Virus record (IMG/VR): IMGVR_UViG_3300013232_000002
Coordinates: 62,001 to 95,123 of that record
DNA from: an uncultured virus (IMG/VR IMGVR_UViG_3300013232_000002)
Taxonomy: Duplodnaviria > Heunggongvirae > Uroviricota > Caudoviricetes
Strand: one strand, 5' to 3'
DNA: 33,123 nt
Shown here: positions 18,192-25,650 of the stretch, in pieces
Layout: each line of letters opens with the position of its first letter
How positions within the stretch are numbered: the stretch's first letter is position 1
Program-made: the position numbers and the translations under genes
The notes under the pieces: model-generated
Databases searched by the model: none
Told to the model about the DNA's origin: nothing
Seen by the model: the letters and a program-made list of their open reading frames with translations, nothing else

Positions 18192-21100
18192 TGCGAGTGG
18201 ACTTCTATCGACTTGACGAAGTGATCGGATCCATCCGCCTCGAAGATGGTGCTCTAATTGCAGACTCTTCTGTCGAGCATGTACTGGAGTCGGAGATTTA
18301 CGTACAGGGGACGTACTCTGCAGTAAAAACCCCAAGTGCGTTTCTGGAGAACCTCTATCTCTACTATCGATCTCCATATTTCTACGCGACTAAGATGCAG
18401 GAAGGGGATGCAGTCAAAGGGACCAAGCACCTTCCTGGAGAGCACGACCAACAAGACCACGCTCATGGCAAACTACTTGCAGTAGAGAACATCGAAGAAG
18501 GTGTTGGTGAACAGACTTTGTCGTACAAGGACTTTTCCAAGTGGAAAGGTTTGCGAAAGAAGATCGCAAACCTCGCGTTGTTTGATATCCAAACAAACAA
18601 ATTTGCAGGAATCATAGGCAGGTCGGAAGATGGCAAAGTCGTATCAATAGTCAGTTTGATGGGAGTTGGAAAGGGCTCTTCGATCGAGGTTGTAGATTTT
18701 GCGACTGGAGAACCCGGGTACGGTCGAAAGATGATGGCGGCCATCTGTGCTGTGGCCAGCAAACACAAACAAGGAATCACACTAACCAGTACCGAAGAAG
18801 CCTATGGTTTCTACGAGAAGATTGGAATGACAGATGCTGGCATGAATGTCAGCCTCAAGAAGTACGAGTTCACGAAGGAGCAGGCCAAGAAGTTCGCGAA
18901 AGATAATGCGGACACAAAGGCAAAGGACGAAGAGCCTGCTAATGGTGTTTTTGCTGTGCGGGTCAAAGCGACCAAGCACCTTCCAGGGCAGCATGATCAA
19001 TCAACGCATGGGCACGGGACAGGATCCCTGTCTGGTGTGAATGTCAGCAAGTGGTCGATGAACAACTCGTCGGCGAAGAGCTCAGCCAAGAAGATTGACA
19101 CGCTCGAGAAGTTGGCCGAGGCCGAGGACTGGACCGAGATCCTCAAGGTCGCATCATCGCAGCCTCCCAAGGGCGCCAATACCTATCAAAAGGGAGTGAT
19201 TCAGGCAGCGAAGAATCTGCTTGCCCACAAGAACAACGTAGTCGTTGCTCAAGCACCTGCTAAAGACTTGAAGACGAACAACGGTCTCGTTGATGCATCT
19301 CAGTGGAAGCAGGTCGGTCCCAAGTTGGGAACGCAACCGGGCGGGAAGTTCGTCGGGGAAGATGGTAAGGAGTACTATGTAAAATACCCAGAGAACCCCG
19401 ACGTCGCTCGAAACGAGGTGATCGCCAACAAGCTATACGAGATGACCGGGGCAGGTGTACCCAAGGCCCATCTCGTAGAAGGGCCTGACGGTAAAGTCGG
19501 TGTTGCTACGGAGTGGGACAACAATGCACAGAAGGCCAACTGGGGTGATGCCAGCACAAGAGAGCTGGCAGCGAAGGATTTCGCTACGCACGCCTGGTTG
19601 GCTAACTGGGACTGTGTTGGAGCAGGCTCCGAAAATCCAATGGACAACATCCGCATCTCTAACGGCAAGGCCGTGTCTGTTGATGTGGGTGGTTCGTTGG
19701 CTTATTCGGGTCTTGGTGGCAGCAAGCCCTTTGGAAAAATCTCCAATGAATGGGATACACTACGTGACACGAGTGTCAATCCAAGCTCGGCGAAAGTCTT
19801 TTCGAAGATGACTAAGGAGCAATTGATTGAGTCATCCGAGAAGATGAATATGGTGACGCGAGCTGGCATTGAGGCCATAGTGGAAACGTACCATGCCGGT
19901 GGTGCCGATAACTACATGAAGAAACAGAATCTCATCGATACGCTGATGTATCGAAGGTTCGATGTTCTTACCAGGGGAGAAAACTTAAAGAAGCAGATTG
20001 CAGAAAAGCCGGCTCCTCCCACAACCATCACCAAGCCGGATGGTTCTTCTGCTATCAGCAAACCCGTGCCGGCAACCATTCCACCGATGGTTATGCTCGG
20101 GTCAGGAAACAACGGATCACTGAAGTCTGCTCAGAACACGGCCAACAAGATGCACGAGCTTGCATCGCAAGGGAAGTGGGCCGAGTTGGAGGCGATGAAG
20201 ACCAACCCGGACAGCAAGAGTCACTACTACAAGAAGGTACATCAGTTCAAGCAAGACCTGCTCGCTGCGAAGAATGGTGGAGCTGTTGTTGATACCAAAC
20301 CACCGGCTACTCCGAAACCAGCGGTTACTCCGAAACCAGCGAATACACCAACGATCAACACAGCGGCATTTCCAACGAAACCGACGTTCTCTTCAACCAA
20401 TCTGACGCAGGTGTCGGTCAACAACGCGGCAGTAGAGAAGGCGTTGGAGCATGCCAAGAACGGAGACGTGTTTGCTCTGAAGAATATGACCCTCCCAGGG
20501 AGTCCCAAGCTAGCAGCGTGGCATGGGTCCCTGGTGGAAAACGTAGCATCGCAGATGAATCCGCCACCTCCGGCACGACAGCTCTCTGGTTCTCTGTCCG
20601 AAATCGCCAATAAAGCGAAGGTCGTCGTCGGAAAGGATTTGCCGACGAAGGTTGGAAAGTTTCTGGTTCTGGGAGAAGCGTCTCCCATTCCTACTGACGC
20701 TGTTCAGCCTAAACAGATACGTGCTGAATGGGAAAAGGGAAAGGACTCTTACAACAAACTCAACAATGCAGAAAAAGAGGCCATCAAAGACTACACCGGT
20801 GGTTCTTTCTACAGCATGAATCATCAGCTGCGTAACTTCAAAAAACTTACACCAGACACGGAGAGTGCTTGTTCTGCATTGAAAAAAGCGTCGATACCAC
20901 TTCCAGTTGGAATGAAACTCTCTCGTGGAATACCCGTATCAGGAGTAGAGGTAGAGAATCTAAGAAACTCGGTTGGCAAAGTTCTCCAGGATCGAGGGAT
21001 CATCAGTACATCTACCGGGAGTGGTTTTAGTGGAAACGTGAAAATGACATTTGTGGCGGGTCCTGGTGCGAAGGGACTTCCTGCGAAGAGGTTCAGTCAC

Positions 21101-21235
21101 GTCACGTCGGAGAACGAGTACATTCTTCCTCCGAACTCTCGTTTCTTGGTTACGGAAGCTGCAGATAAAAATGGAACCCTCCACGTCACCATGACCATCC
21201 TGCCCTTCGAAGACTCACAATGCTGCCCACCGTGA
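18188..21235 (+). CDS. Polyvalent effector protein: small N-terminal domain, His motif, GNAT, His motif, HipA/PI3K-like kinase, helical repeats, VIP2-like ADP-ribosyltransferase
   Basis: GNAT 'GEPGYGRKMMAAI...LTSTEEAYGFYEKIGM'; kinase-like 'GTQPGGKF..EYYVK..ARNEVIANKLY..WLANWD..DNI..VDVGGSL'; ART 'AIKDYTGGSFYSMNHQLR..LSRG..ISTS..ENEYILP' (R-S-E). Confidence 0.82.
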   Translation: MMRVDFYRLDEVIGSIRLEDGALIADSSVEHVLESEIYVQGTYSAVKTPSAFLENLYLYYRSPYFYATKMQEGDAVKGTKHLPGEHDQQDHAHGKLLAVENIEEGVGEQTLSYKDFSKWKGLRKKIANLALFDIQTNKFAGIIGRSEDGKVVSIVSLMGVGKGSSIEVVDFATGEPGYGRKMMAAICAVASKHKQGITLTSTEEAYGFYEKIGMTDAGMNVSLKKYEFTKEQAKKFAKDNADTKAKDEEPANGVFAVRVKATKHLPGQHDQSTHGHGTGSLSGVNVSKWSMNNSSAKSSAKKIDTLEKLAEAEDWTEILKVASSQPPKGANTYQKGVIQAAKNLLAHKNNVVVAQAPAKDLKTNNGLVDASQWKQVGPKLGTQPGGKFVGEDGKEYYVKYPENPDVARNEVIANKLYEMTGAGVPKAHLVEGPDGKVGVATEWDNNAQKANWGDASTRELAAKDFATHAWLANWDCVGAGSENPMDNIRISNGKAVSVDVGGSLAYSGLGGSKPFGKISNEWDTLRDTSVNPSSAKVFSKMTKEQLIESSEKMNMVTRAGIEAIVETYHAGGADNYMKKQNLIDTLMYRRFDVLTRGENLKKQIAEKPAPPTTITKPDGSSAISKPVPATIPPMVMLGSGNNGSLKSAQNTANKMHELASQGKWAELEAMKTNPDSKSHYYKKVHQFKQDLLAAKNGGAVVDTKPPATPKPAVTPKPANTPTINTAAFPTKPTFSSTNLTQVSVNNAAVEKALEHAKNGDVFALKNMTLPGSPKLAAWHGSLVENVASQMNPPPPARQLSGSLSEIANKAKVVVGKDLPTKVGKFLVLGEASPIPTDAVQPKQIRAEWEKGKDSYNKLNNAEKEAIKDYTGGSFYSMNHQLRNFKKLTPDTESACSALKKASIPLPVGMKLSRGIPVSGVEVENLRNSVGKVLQDRGIISTSTGSGFSGNVKMTFVAGPGAKGLPAKRFSHVTSENEYILPPNSRFLVTEAADKNGTLHVTMTILPFEDSQCCPP

Positions 21236-21251
21236 CATAGGAGAACAAACA

Positions 21252-21764
21252 ATGTCCGACGATCTGTCTACCAACAGAAAAGACGAGGGTGATTTCTTCA
21301 AAGAAGCCCTCGAGGATCTCAGCAATGCTGAGACGTCCGGCTACCTGGGAGACAAGCACTACGTCCAATCCATATTGCAGTTGGCAGCGGCCGAAGTGTT
21401 TGAGATGCTGCCCTCTGTCGTGGATCAGGAGCAGGGTCCGGAGAAGTTGATCTACGAAGTTGGCAAGAAGCATATGCGAACATTCTTCGGGGCCAAGGGC
21501 AACAAGGGTGTTCGTGGCTTCAACGAACCCGGAGGCATTGACGTCTTTGTTGCCAAGTGGTGTGGTGTTGACGAAACCAAACCGACCGATCGATTGATTG
21601 GTGGCTTCGCTGCTATGATCGGAGAGTTGTTGGAGGTCGAAGGATTCGCTAACCACAGCGAGGCCCTGAAGGAGCAATGGGCATGGCAAGTGGAAGCAAT
21701 CCTCGATCGTTACGCGATGATCTTCATGGGGATCTCCCCACCTCAACAGGAGCTTTTGACGTGA
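21252..21764 (+). CDS. Hypothetical acidic protein, candidate immunity protein for the upstream effector
   Basis: AGGAG RBS; directly downstream of the ART domain; function inferred from position only. Confidence 0.55.
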   Translation: MSDDLSTNRKDEGDFFKEALEDLSNAETSGYLGDKHYVQSILQLAAAEVFEMLPSVVDQEQGPEKLIYEVGKKHMRTFFGAKGNKGVRGFNEPGGIDVFVAKWCGVDETKPTDRLIGGFAAMIGELLEVEGFANHSEALKEQWAWQVEAILDRYAMIFMGISPPQQELLT

Positions 21765-22063
21765 GCAGTGATTTGCTGGTTGCCGCAAAGCAGGACGATC
21801 TTCATCTGGCCGCTGCGATTGAGCCGCGGTTTCTGGACCTCTGTGACGCTTACAAACGGATCAAGGGCGAACACATTCCCATCCCGGTCCCCATGATGAA
21901 GACAATCACTCTGTGGAGGCGTTGCCTCATTCGATTCAAGAGGGGTGACTTCCGCATCTCCTCTTCCGAGAAGAAGGCATGCAAGGAAGTTGCACAATGG
22001 ACCGTCGACGAGAACGGTCTACTCCGAAATCAACTTCCCGTGACAATTAACTGGGCACTCTGA
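21761..22063 (+). CDS. Hypothetical protein
   Basis: GTG start overlapping the upstream stop, AGGAG RBS. Confidence 0.55.
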   Translation: MSSDLLVAAKQDDLHLAAAIEPRFLDLCDAYKRIKGEHIPIPVPMMKTITLWRRCLIRFKRGDFRISSSEKKACKEVAQWTVDENGLLRNQLPVTINWAL

Positions 22064-22314
22064 TGGTACACATCCTTCGAAAACCAAGACCCACCATTGC
22101 AGACGTGCAGTGCTCCAGGCTGACTTTCCAGCCTGGAGATCGGTTGATCGTTCGAACGTACGTACGGTTGGACAATGACCAGACTCGCAAGCTCCGAGCG
22201 TCTATCCTGAAATGGGCGGGCTGTGAGGTGGAGATCCTCATCATCAACTGCTTGGAGATGGACATCGATGTCGAAAAACGTATCGACCTATCAGGAAGTG
22301 CTCCGGGGAGATGA
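22063..22314 (+). CDS. Hypothetical protein (83 aa)
   Basis: TGATG translational coupling with the upstream gene. Confidence 0.55.
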   Translation: MVHILRKPRPTIADVQCSRLTFQPGDRLIVRTYVRLDNDQTRKLRASILKWAGCEVEILIINCLEMDIDVEKRIDLSGSAPGR

Positions 22315-22507
22315 TGCATCTCTCGTAGTGTTTCTTCGTAACATGCAGAAGTTCGAGACTGCTTTCTGCGAGAAAATGATCGAGGGCAGCGATTTCACTC
22401 TGCGTCTTGAACTGCGTGGTGCGTTGGGGAAGATGGTCCATTGCCGAGTGAGCGTGGACCATTTCGATCGACCAGAGACTGTGAAGACCAAAAAGAAAAA
22501 TCTATAA
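22268..22507 (+). CDS. Hypothetical protein (79 aa)
   Basis: ATG 22268 (MSKNVSTYQEV) after GGAG. Confidence 0.5.
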   Translation: MSKNVSTYQEVLRGDDASLVVFLRNMQKFETAFCEKMIEGSDFTLRLELRGALGKMVHCRVSVDHFDRPETVKTKKKNL

Positions 22508-22576
22508 ACTCGAATCGATCGGTATTTCGGGTTTCAGGTGTCTGCTTTATATTTGGGTGATAACGTCCAGGTGACG

Positions 22577-22621
22577 AAAAGAACCGCGGCGTTTAGTTTC
22601 AAACACCGCGGTTTCTTTTTT
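22577..22621 (+). terminator. Rho-independent terminator (possibly bidirectional)
   Basis: AAAAGAACCGCGG...CCGCGGTTTCTTTTTT inverted repeat with a T tract. Confidence 0.7.
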
Positions 22622-22634
22622 GGAGTATCATTCG

Positions 22635-23237
22635 ATGGGAAAAGCAGTCACACTGTATCTTGGTCCTGGTGGAACGCATCTCGCCTCCCGCTCGCTTACT
22701 GTGACGCGTATGAGGGAAGCCGGCGACGATTCGGCTCCTGCGGCTCAGTACACCAATGCTGCAATCACCAACACGGATCAGGTGGTCACGTTCGACCTTC
22801 CTGCGAATCGCATTTGGCAGGCTGTGTTGATCGACACCAATTCCGCTGGTGGGACCAGCGAGCGACAGGTGCTCAACTTCCACACTGGTGACAATCTGTT
22901 CCCTGGTCCCAAGACCATCAACGGTTTGTCTGTGCTGACGATGGAAGACGAATCCTCCAGCTCGTCCAGCCATTCGTCCTCCAGTTGGAGCAGCAAGTCG
23001 AGTTCGAGTAGCAACTCCAGCAGCAGCTCGTCGTCGATCAGTACGAGCAGCTCGAGTGAGTCGTCGATCAGCACTTCCAGTTCGAGCAAGTCGTCCATCA
23101 GTACGAGCAGCAGCTCGAGCAGCACCTCCTTGAGCAGTGAGTCGAGCAGCAGCGCGAGTTCCACATCGACGAGTAGCCAGTCGAGCAGCAGCAATTCCAG
23201 TTCCAGCAGCGCATCGAGCAGTAGCTGGTCCAGTTGA
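22635..23237 (+). CDS. Beta-sandwich-like protein with ~94 aa poly-Ser C-terminal tail
   Basis: GGAG RBS before ATG 22635; Ser tract from 22953. Confidence 0.7.
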   Translation: MGKAVTLYLGPGGTHLASRSLTVTRMREAGDDSAPAAQYTNAAITNTDQVVTFDLPANRIWQAVLIDTNSAGGTSERQVLNFHTGDNLFPGPKTINGLSVLTMEDESSSSSSHSSSSWSSKSSSSSNSSSSSSSISTSSSSESSISTSSSSKSSISTSSSSSSTSLSSESSSSASSTSTSSQSSSSNSSSSSASSSSWSS

Positions 23238-23692
23238 TGAACAGGGTCGTCCGATCATTTGAGAAGTGGCAATCCAGAGCAGGGTCGTCTCCCCCTGCTC
23301 TGGATTGTGTAACCATCGAAGATGCAAGGGTTGCATTCGATGGTCAAGAGAAACAAGGTTCAAGGAAATCGAAGATGAAGAATCCCCAGCACAAGGTGAC
23401 GGTCAATCAAGGATCCGTACGCGAGTTTGCTGCGAACGGCGCTCAGTCGCAGATCGAGGTCCTCTACCGCCTGACCGCCGAGGCTGTCAAACGGTTGAAA
23501 CTGATTCCTGCGAAAGCATTCCGTCGCCAGCCTCGGTTCGAGGGCGGCAAGCCGTCGACCCATGACATCCTTCGTTGGCTTAACGACCTGTCGGAAGAGT
23601 CGTCGAAAGAGGACTTGTTCTTCCTTCGGCAGCTTCACGCGACTCTTCGAAGCCGCGTTCGTCAAGTCGTGATTGATGAAGTTGGGGCCTGA
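23234..23692 (+). CDS. Hypothetical protein
   Basis: Colinear ORF between the poly-Ser gene and the protease; start uncertain. Confidence 0.45.
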   Translation: MMNRVVRSFEKWQSRAGSSPPALDCVTIEDARVAFDGQEKQGSRKSKMKNPQHKVTVNQGSVREFAANGAQSQIEVLYRLTAEAVKRLKLIPAKAFRRQPRFEGGKPSTHDILRWLNDLSEESSKEDLFFLRQLHATLRSRVRQVVIDEVGA

Positions 23693-23729
23693 ACGCCTCC
23701 GGGCAATTCGCTACACTTAGTGAGAAGGC

Positions 23730-25571
23730 GTGAAGAAGATGACAGCCAACGACAAGTTGCTCGAGGGAATTCGAAGCAGGCAGCAGAAGAAGACCGAGTT
23801 CAATTACGGGATCCTCACGGCGGACAAGTACGTTGGAACGATCCAGGAGATGCTCGGTCATCCCTTCTGCTACCGCCACTTCTCGAAGACAACTACCAGC
23901 TTCTCCGATGTCCTGGAAAAGGCATCGAGGACCCTGGTCTACGGCAACCAAGACATGGTTGTCGATGATAGTGACTTTTCGATCGAAGGCATCGAACTTC
24001 CGAAGAACTACTTGGTCGTTTTCAGGCACATCCTGACCACGCCTCGGAAAGACCGGGACGGCGACATCCTGCGTACCGAGGGCATGATTCCCGATCCCAA
24101 GATGCTGTTGCTATGGCAGCATGTTCACACCATGCCCATCGGCAAGATGCTGGCGATTCAGGAGCACAACAGCAAGGTGCTTCGGCTGGTCTCCTGCGTC
24201 GTGGACATGAATCCGCTCTGCCATGACTCGGCGGTGATGATCGAGAACAAGATGGGGCGATTCAGCCACGGCTTCCGAGCCATCAAGTTCAGCAAGGTGA
24301 AGGAATCGCCTGGAGAATCTGAGGCTGGCTACGACATCAAGGAAGCGGAGATCATGGAAGAGTCTCTGGTGTCCGTTCCGGCGAATATCGATGCCGAGCA
24401 GGAGGAAGTGCTTCTCTCGTTGGTGGAGGGAGGCAAGTTGACCAGCGCCATCATGAAGCGTGTTGGCAAGAGGATCCGTAGCAAGAGACCGATCAGCGTT
24501 CCTGTCATGGTCGATCTCAAGCTGTCAATCAACGGCCAGGAGATCAGCGATGGAAAAGAAAAGCAAGTCCAAGTCAAAGCCGGCTCACCAAAAGAAGCCC
24601 ATGAAGGTGACGACGAAGTCGGTGGACAAGGACAAGAAGGACCATCCACCGACGCGAAAGGGGTGAAGTCGATTCTTCCCTGCGGCGGTATCAACGGTTC
24701 ATGGGAGTGGGTCCGTAATTCTCTTTACAACAAGGCTGAGACGTTCCTTGTGGATAAGGGGGTCATTTCACAACGCCCAACCATCAACTCCGGCGAAGTA
24801 CCGATGGGCCGATTCGTGTGGTTGGTTTCCACCTTCCCGGATTATGCGATTGTTTGCGCGGAGAATTTCAACAATAAGCCGTCCGATACCTACTACAAGT
24901 GCTACTGGCACTTGGGCGAGAAGGCGGTTCCTGAATTCTACGGCGAGCCCAAGGAGGTTACTGTGACCGTGTCGACCGAGATCCGAGAGAAGGGCTTGCT
25001 GGATGCCGCGAAGAGTTTGTGGCAGAAGGGAAAGAAGCCCAAGAGCGACGAAGAGGAAGACGAGAAGGAGCAGGACAAGAAGCCTGCGGCTTGTCCCAAG
25101 TGCGGCAGCGAAGACATCGACGAAGACGGTGTCTGCCAGGACTGCGGATATGAGATGGACGAGAGCGAGAAGCCGGAGGACGAAGAGGACAAGAAGAAAT
25201 CCTCACTCACCGGCGACAAGCGTGGCCGCGTTCTCTCCTCCAGCAATGAGGGCCTGATCAAGGAGGCCCTGGAATACCTCGACGAGGGGCACAAGATGGA
25301 TGGTGTGCCCAAACCCTGCAAGGCCTGTATCGGCCATGCTAAGGGCAATCTCTCCACGGTCATGGGGACCTTGGGAACCAGCGATGAAGGTGAAGCCTCC
25401 TCGAAGCCGGTCGAGAAGGAAGAAGTCACCGCCGACGGAGCGGCGATTCTGTTTCTTGCGAGTTCGACACCTGCCGACCGCAAGAAGATGGAAGGCATTC
25501 TCAAGCATCTCGTCTCTATGGACGAGCAAGAGAGTGTCACCCGGCAGTACCTGGCCCTCGCGGGACAGTAG
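23730..25571 (+). CDS. HK97-family prohead protease with long C-terminal extension (Zn ribbon, scaffold-like region)
   Basis: 'DRDGDI', 'LLWQH..MPIGK', 'FSHGF', 'EESLVSVPAN'; CPKC..CQDC; 'KRGRVLSSSN'. Confidence 0.88.
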   Translation: MKKMTANDKLLEGIRSRQQKKTEFNYGILTADKYVGTIQEMLGHPFCYRHFSKTTTSFSDVLEKASRTLVYGNQDMVVDDSDFSIEGIELPKNYLVVFRHILTTPRKDRDGDILRTEGMIPDPKMLLLWQHVHTMPIGKMLAIQEHNSKVLRLVSCVVDMNPLCHDSAVMIENKMGRFSHGFRAIKFSKVKESPGESEAGYDIKEAEIMEESLVSVPANIDAEQEEVLLSLVEGGKLTSAIMKRVGKRIRSKRPISVPVMVDLKLSINGQEISDGKEKQVQVKAGSPKEAHEGDDEVGGQGQEGPSTDAKGVKSILPCGGINGSWEWVRNSLYNKAETFLVDKGVISQRPTINSGEVPMGRFVWLVSTFPDYAIVCAENFNNKPSDTYYKCYWHLGEKAVPEFYGEPKEVTVTVSTEIREKGLLDAAKSLWQKGKKPKSDEEEDEKEQDKKPAACPKCGSEDIDEDGVCQDCGYEMDESEKPEDEEDKKKSSLTGDKRGRVLSSSNEGLIKEALEYLDEGHKMDGVPKPCKACIGHAKGNLSTVMGTLGTSDEGEASSKPVEKEEVTADGAAILFLASSTPADRKKMEGILKHLVSMDEQESVTRQYLALAGQ

Positions 25572-25650
25572 CGATATTTTTGGATGCGCTGAGGCATAGT
25601 GCCTAGGCGGCCACAAAGAGCAATAGTCAGTTTACATCAGAGGAATACAA

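Larger units (their letters stand above)
13880..19015 (+). repeat. Dispersed 14-codon repeat KHLxx[QE]H[DN]QxxH[AG]H, 5 copies (13880-13921, 15400-15441, 17397-17438, 18425-18466, 18974-19015)
   Basis: Translations: KHLANQHNQQSHAH, KHLNGQHDQSEHGH, KHLPGQHDQMSHAH, KHLPGEHDQQDHAH, KHLPGQHDQSTHGH. Confidence 0.95.

Noticed and set aside
13880..19015. His-motif repeats as a CRISPR array or DGR template/variable repeats
   Set aside because: Spacing is irregular (0.5-2 kb), copies are in-frame with synonymous variation, and no cas or reverse transcriptase gene is present.
22599..23363. Minus-strand ORFs (Ala/Arg or Leu/Glu-rich) across the poly-Ser tract; likewise 29585..29884
   Set aside because: Artefacts of low-complexity Ser codons.
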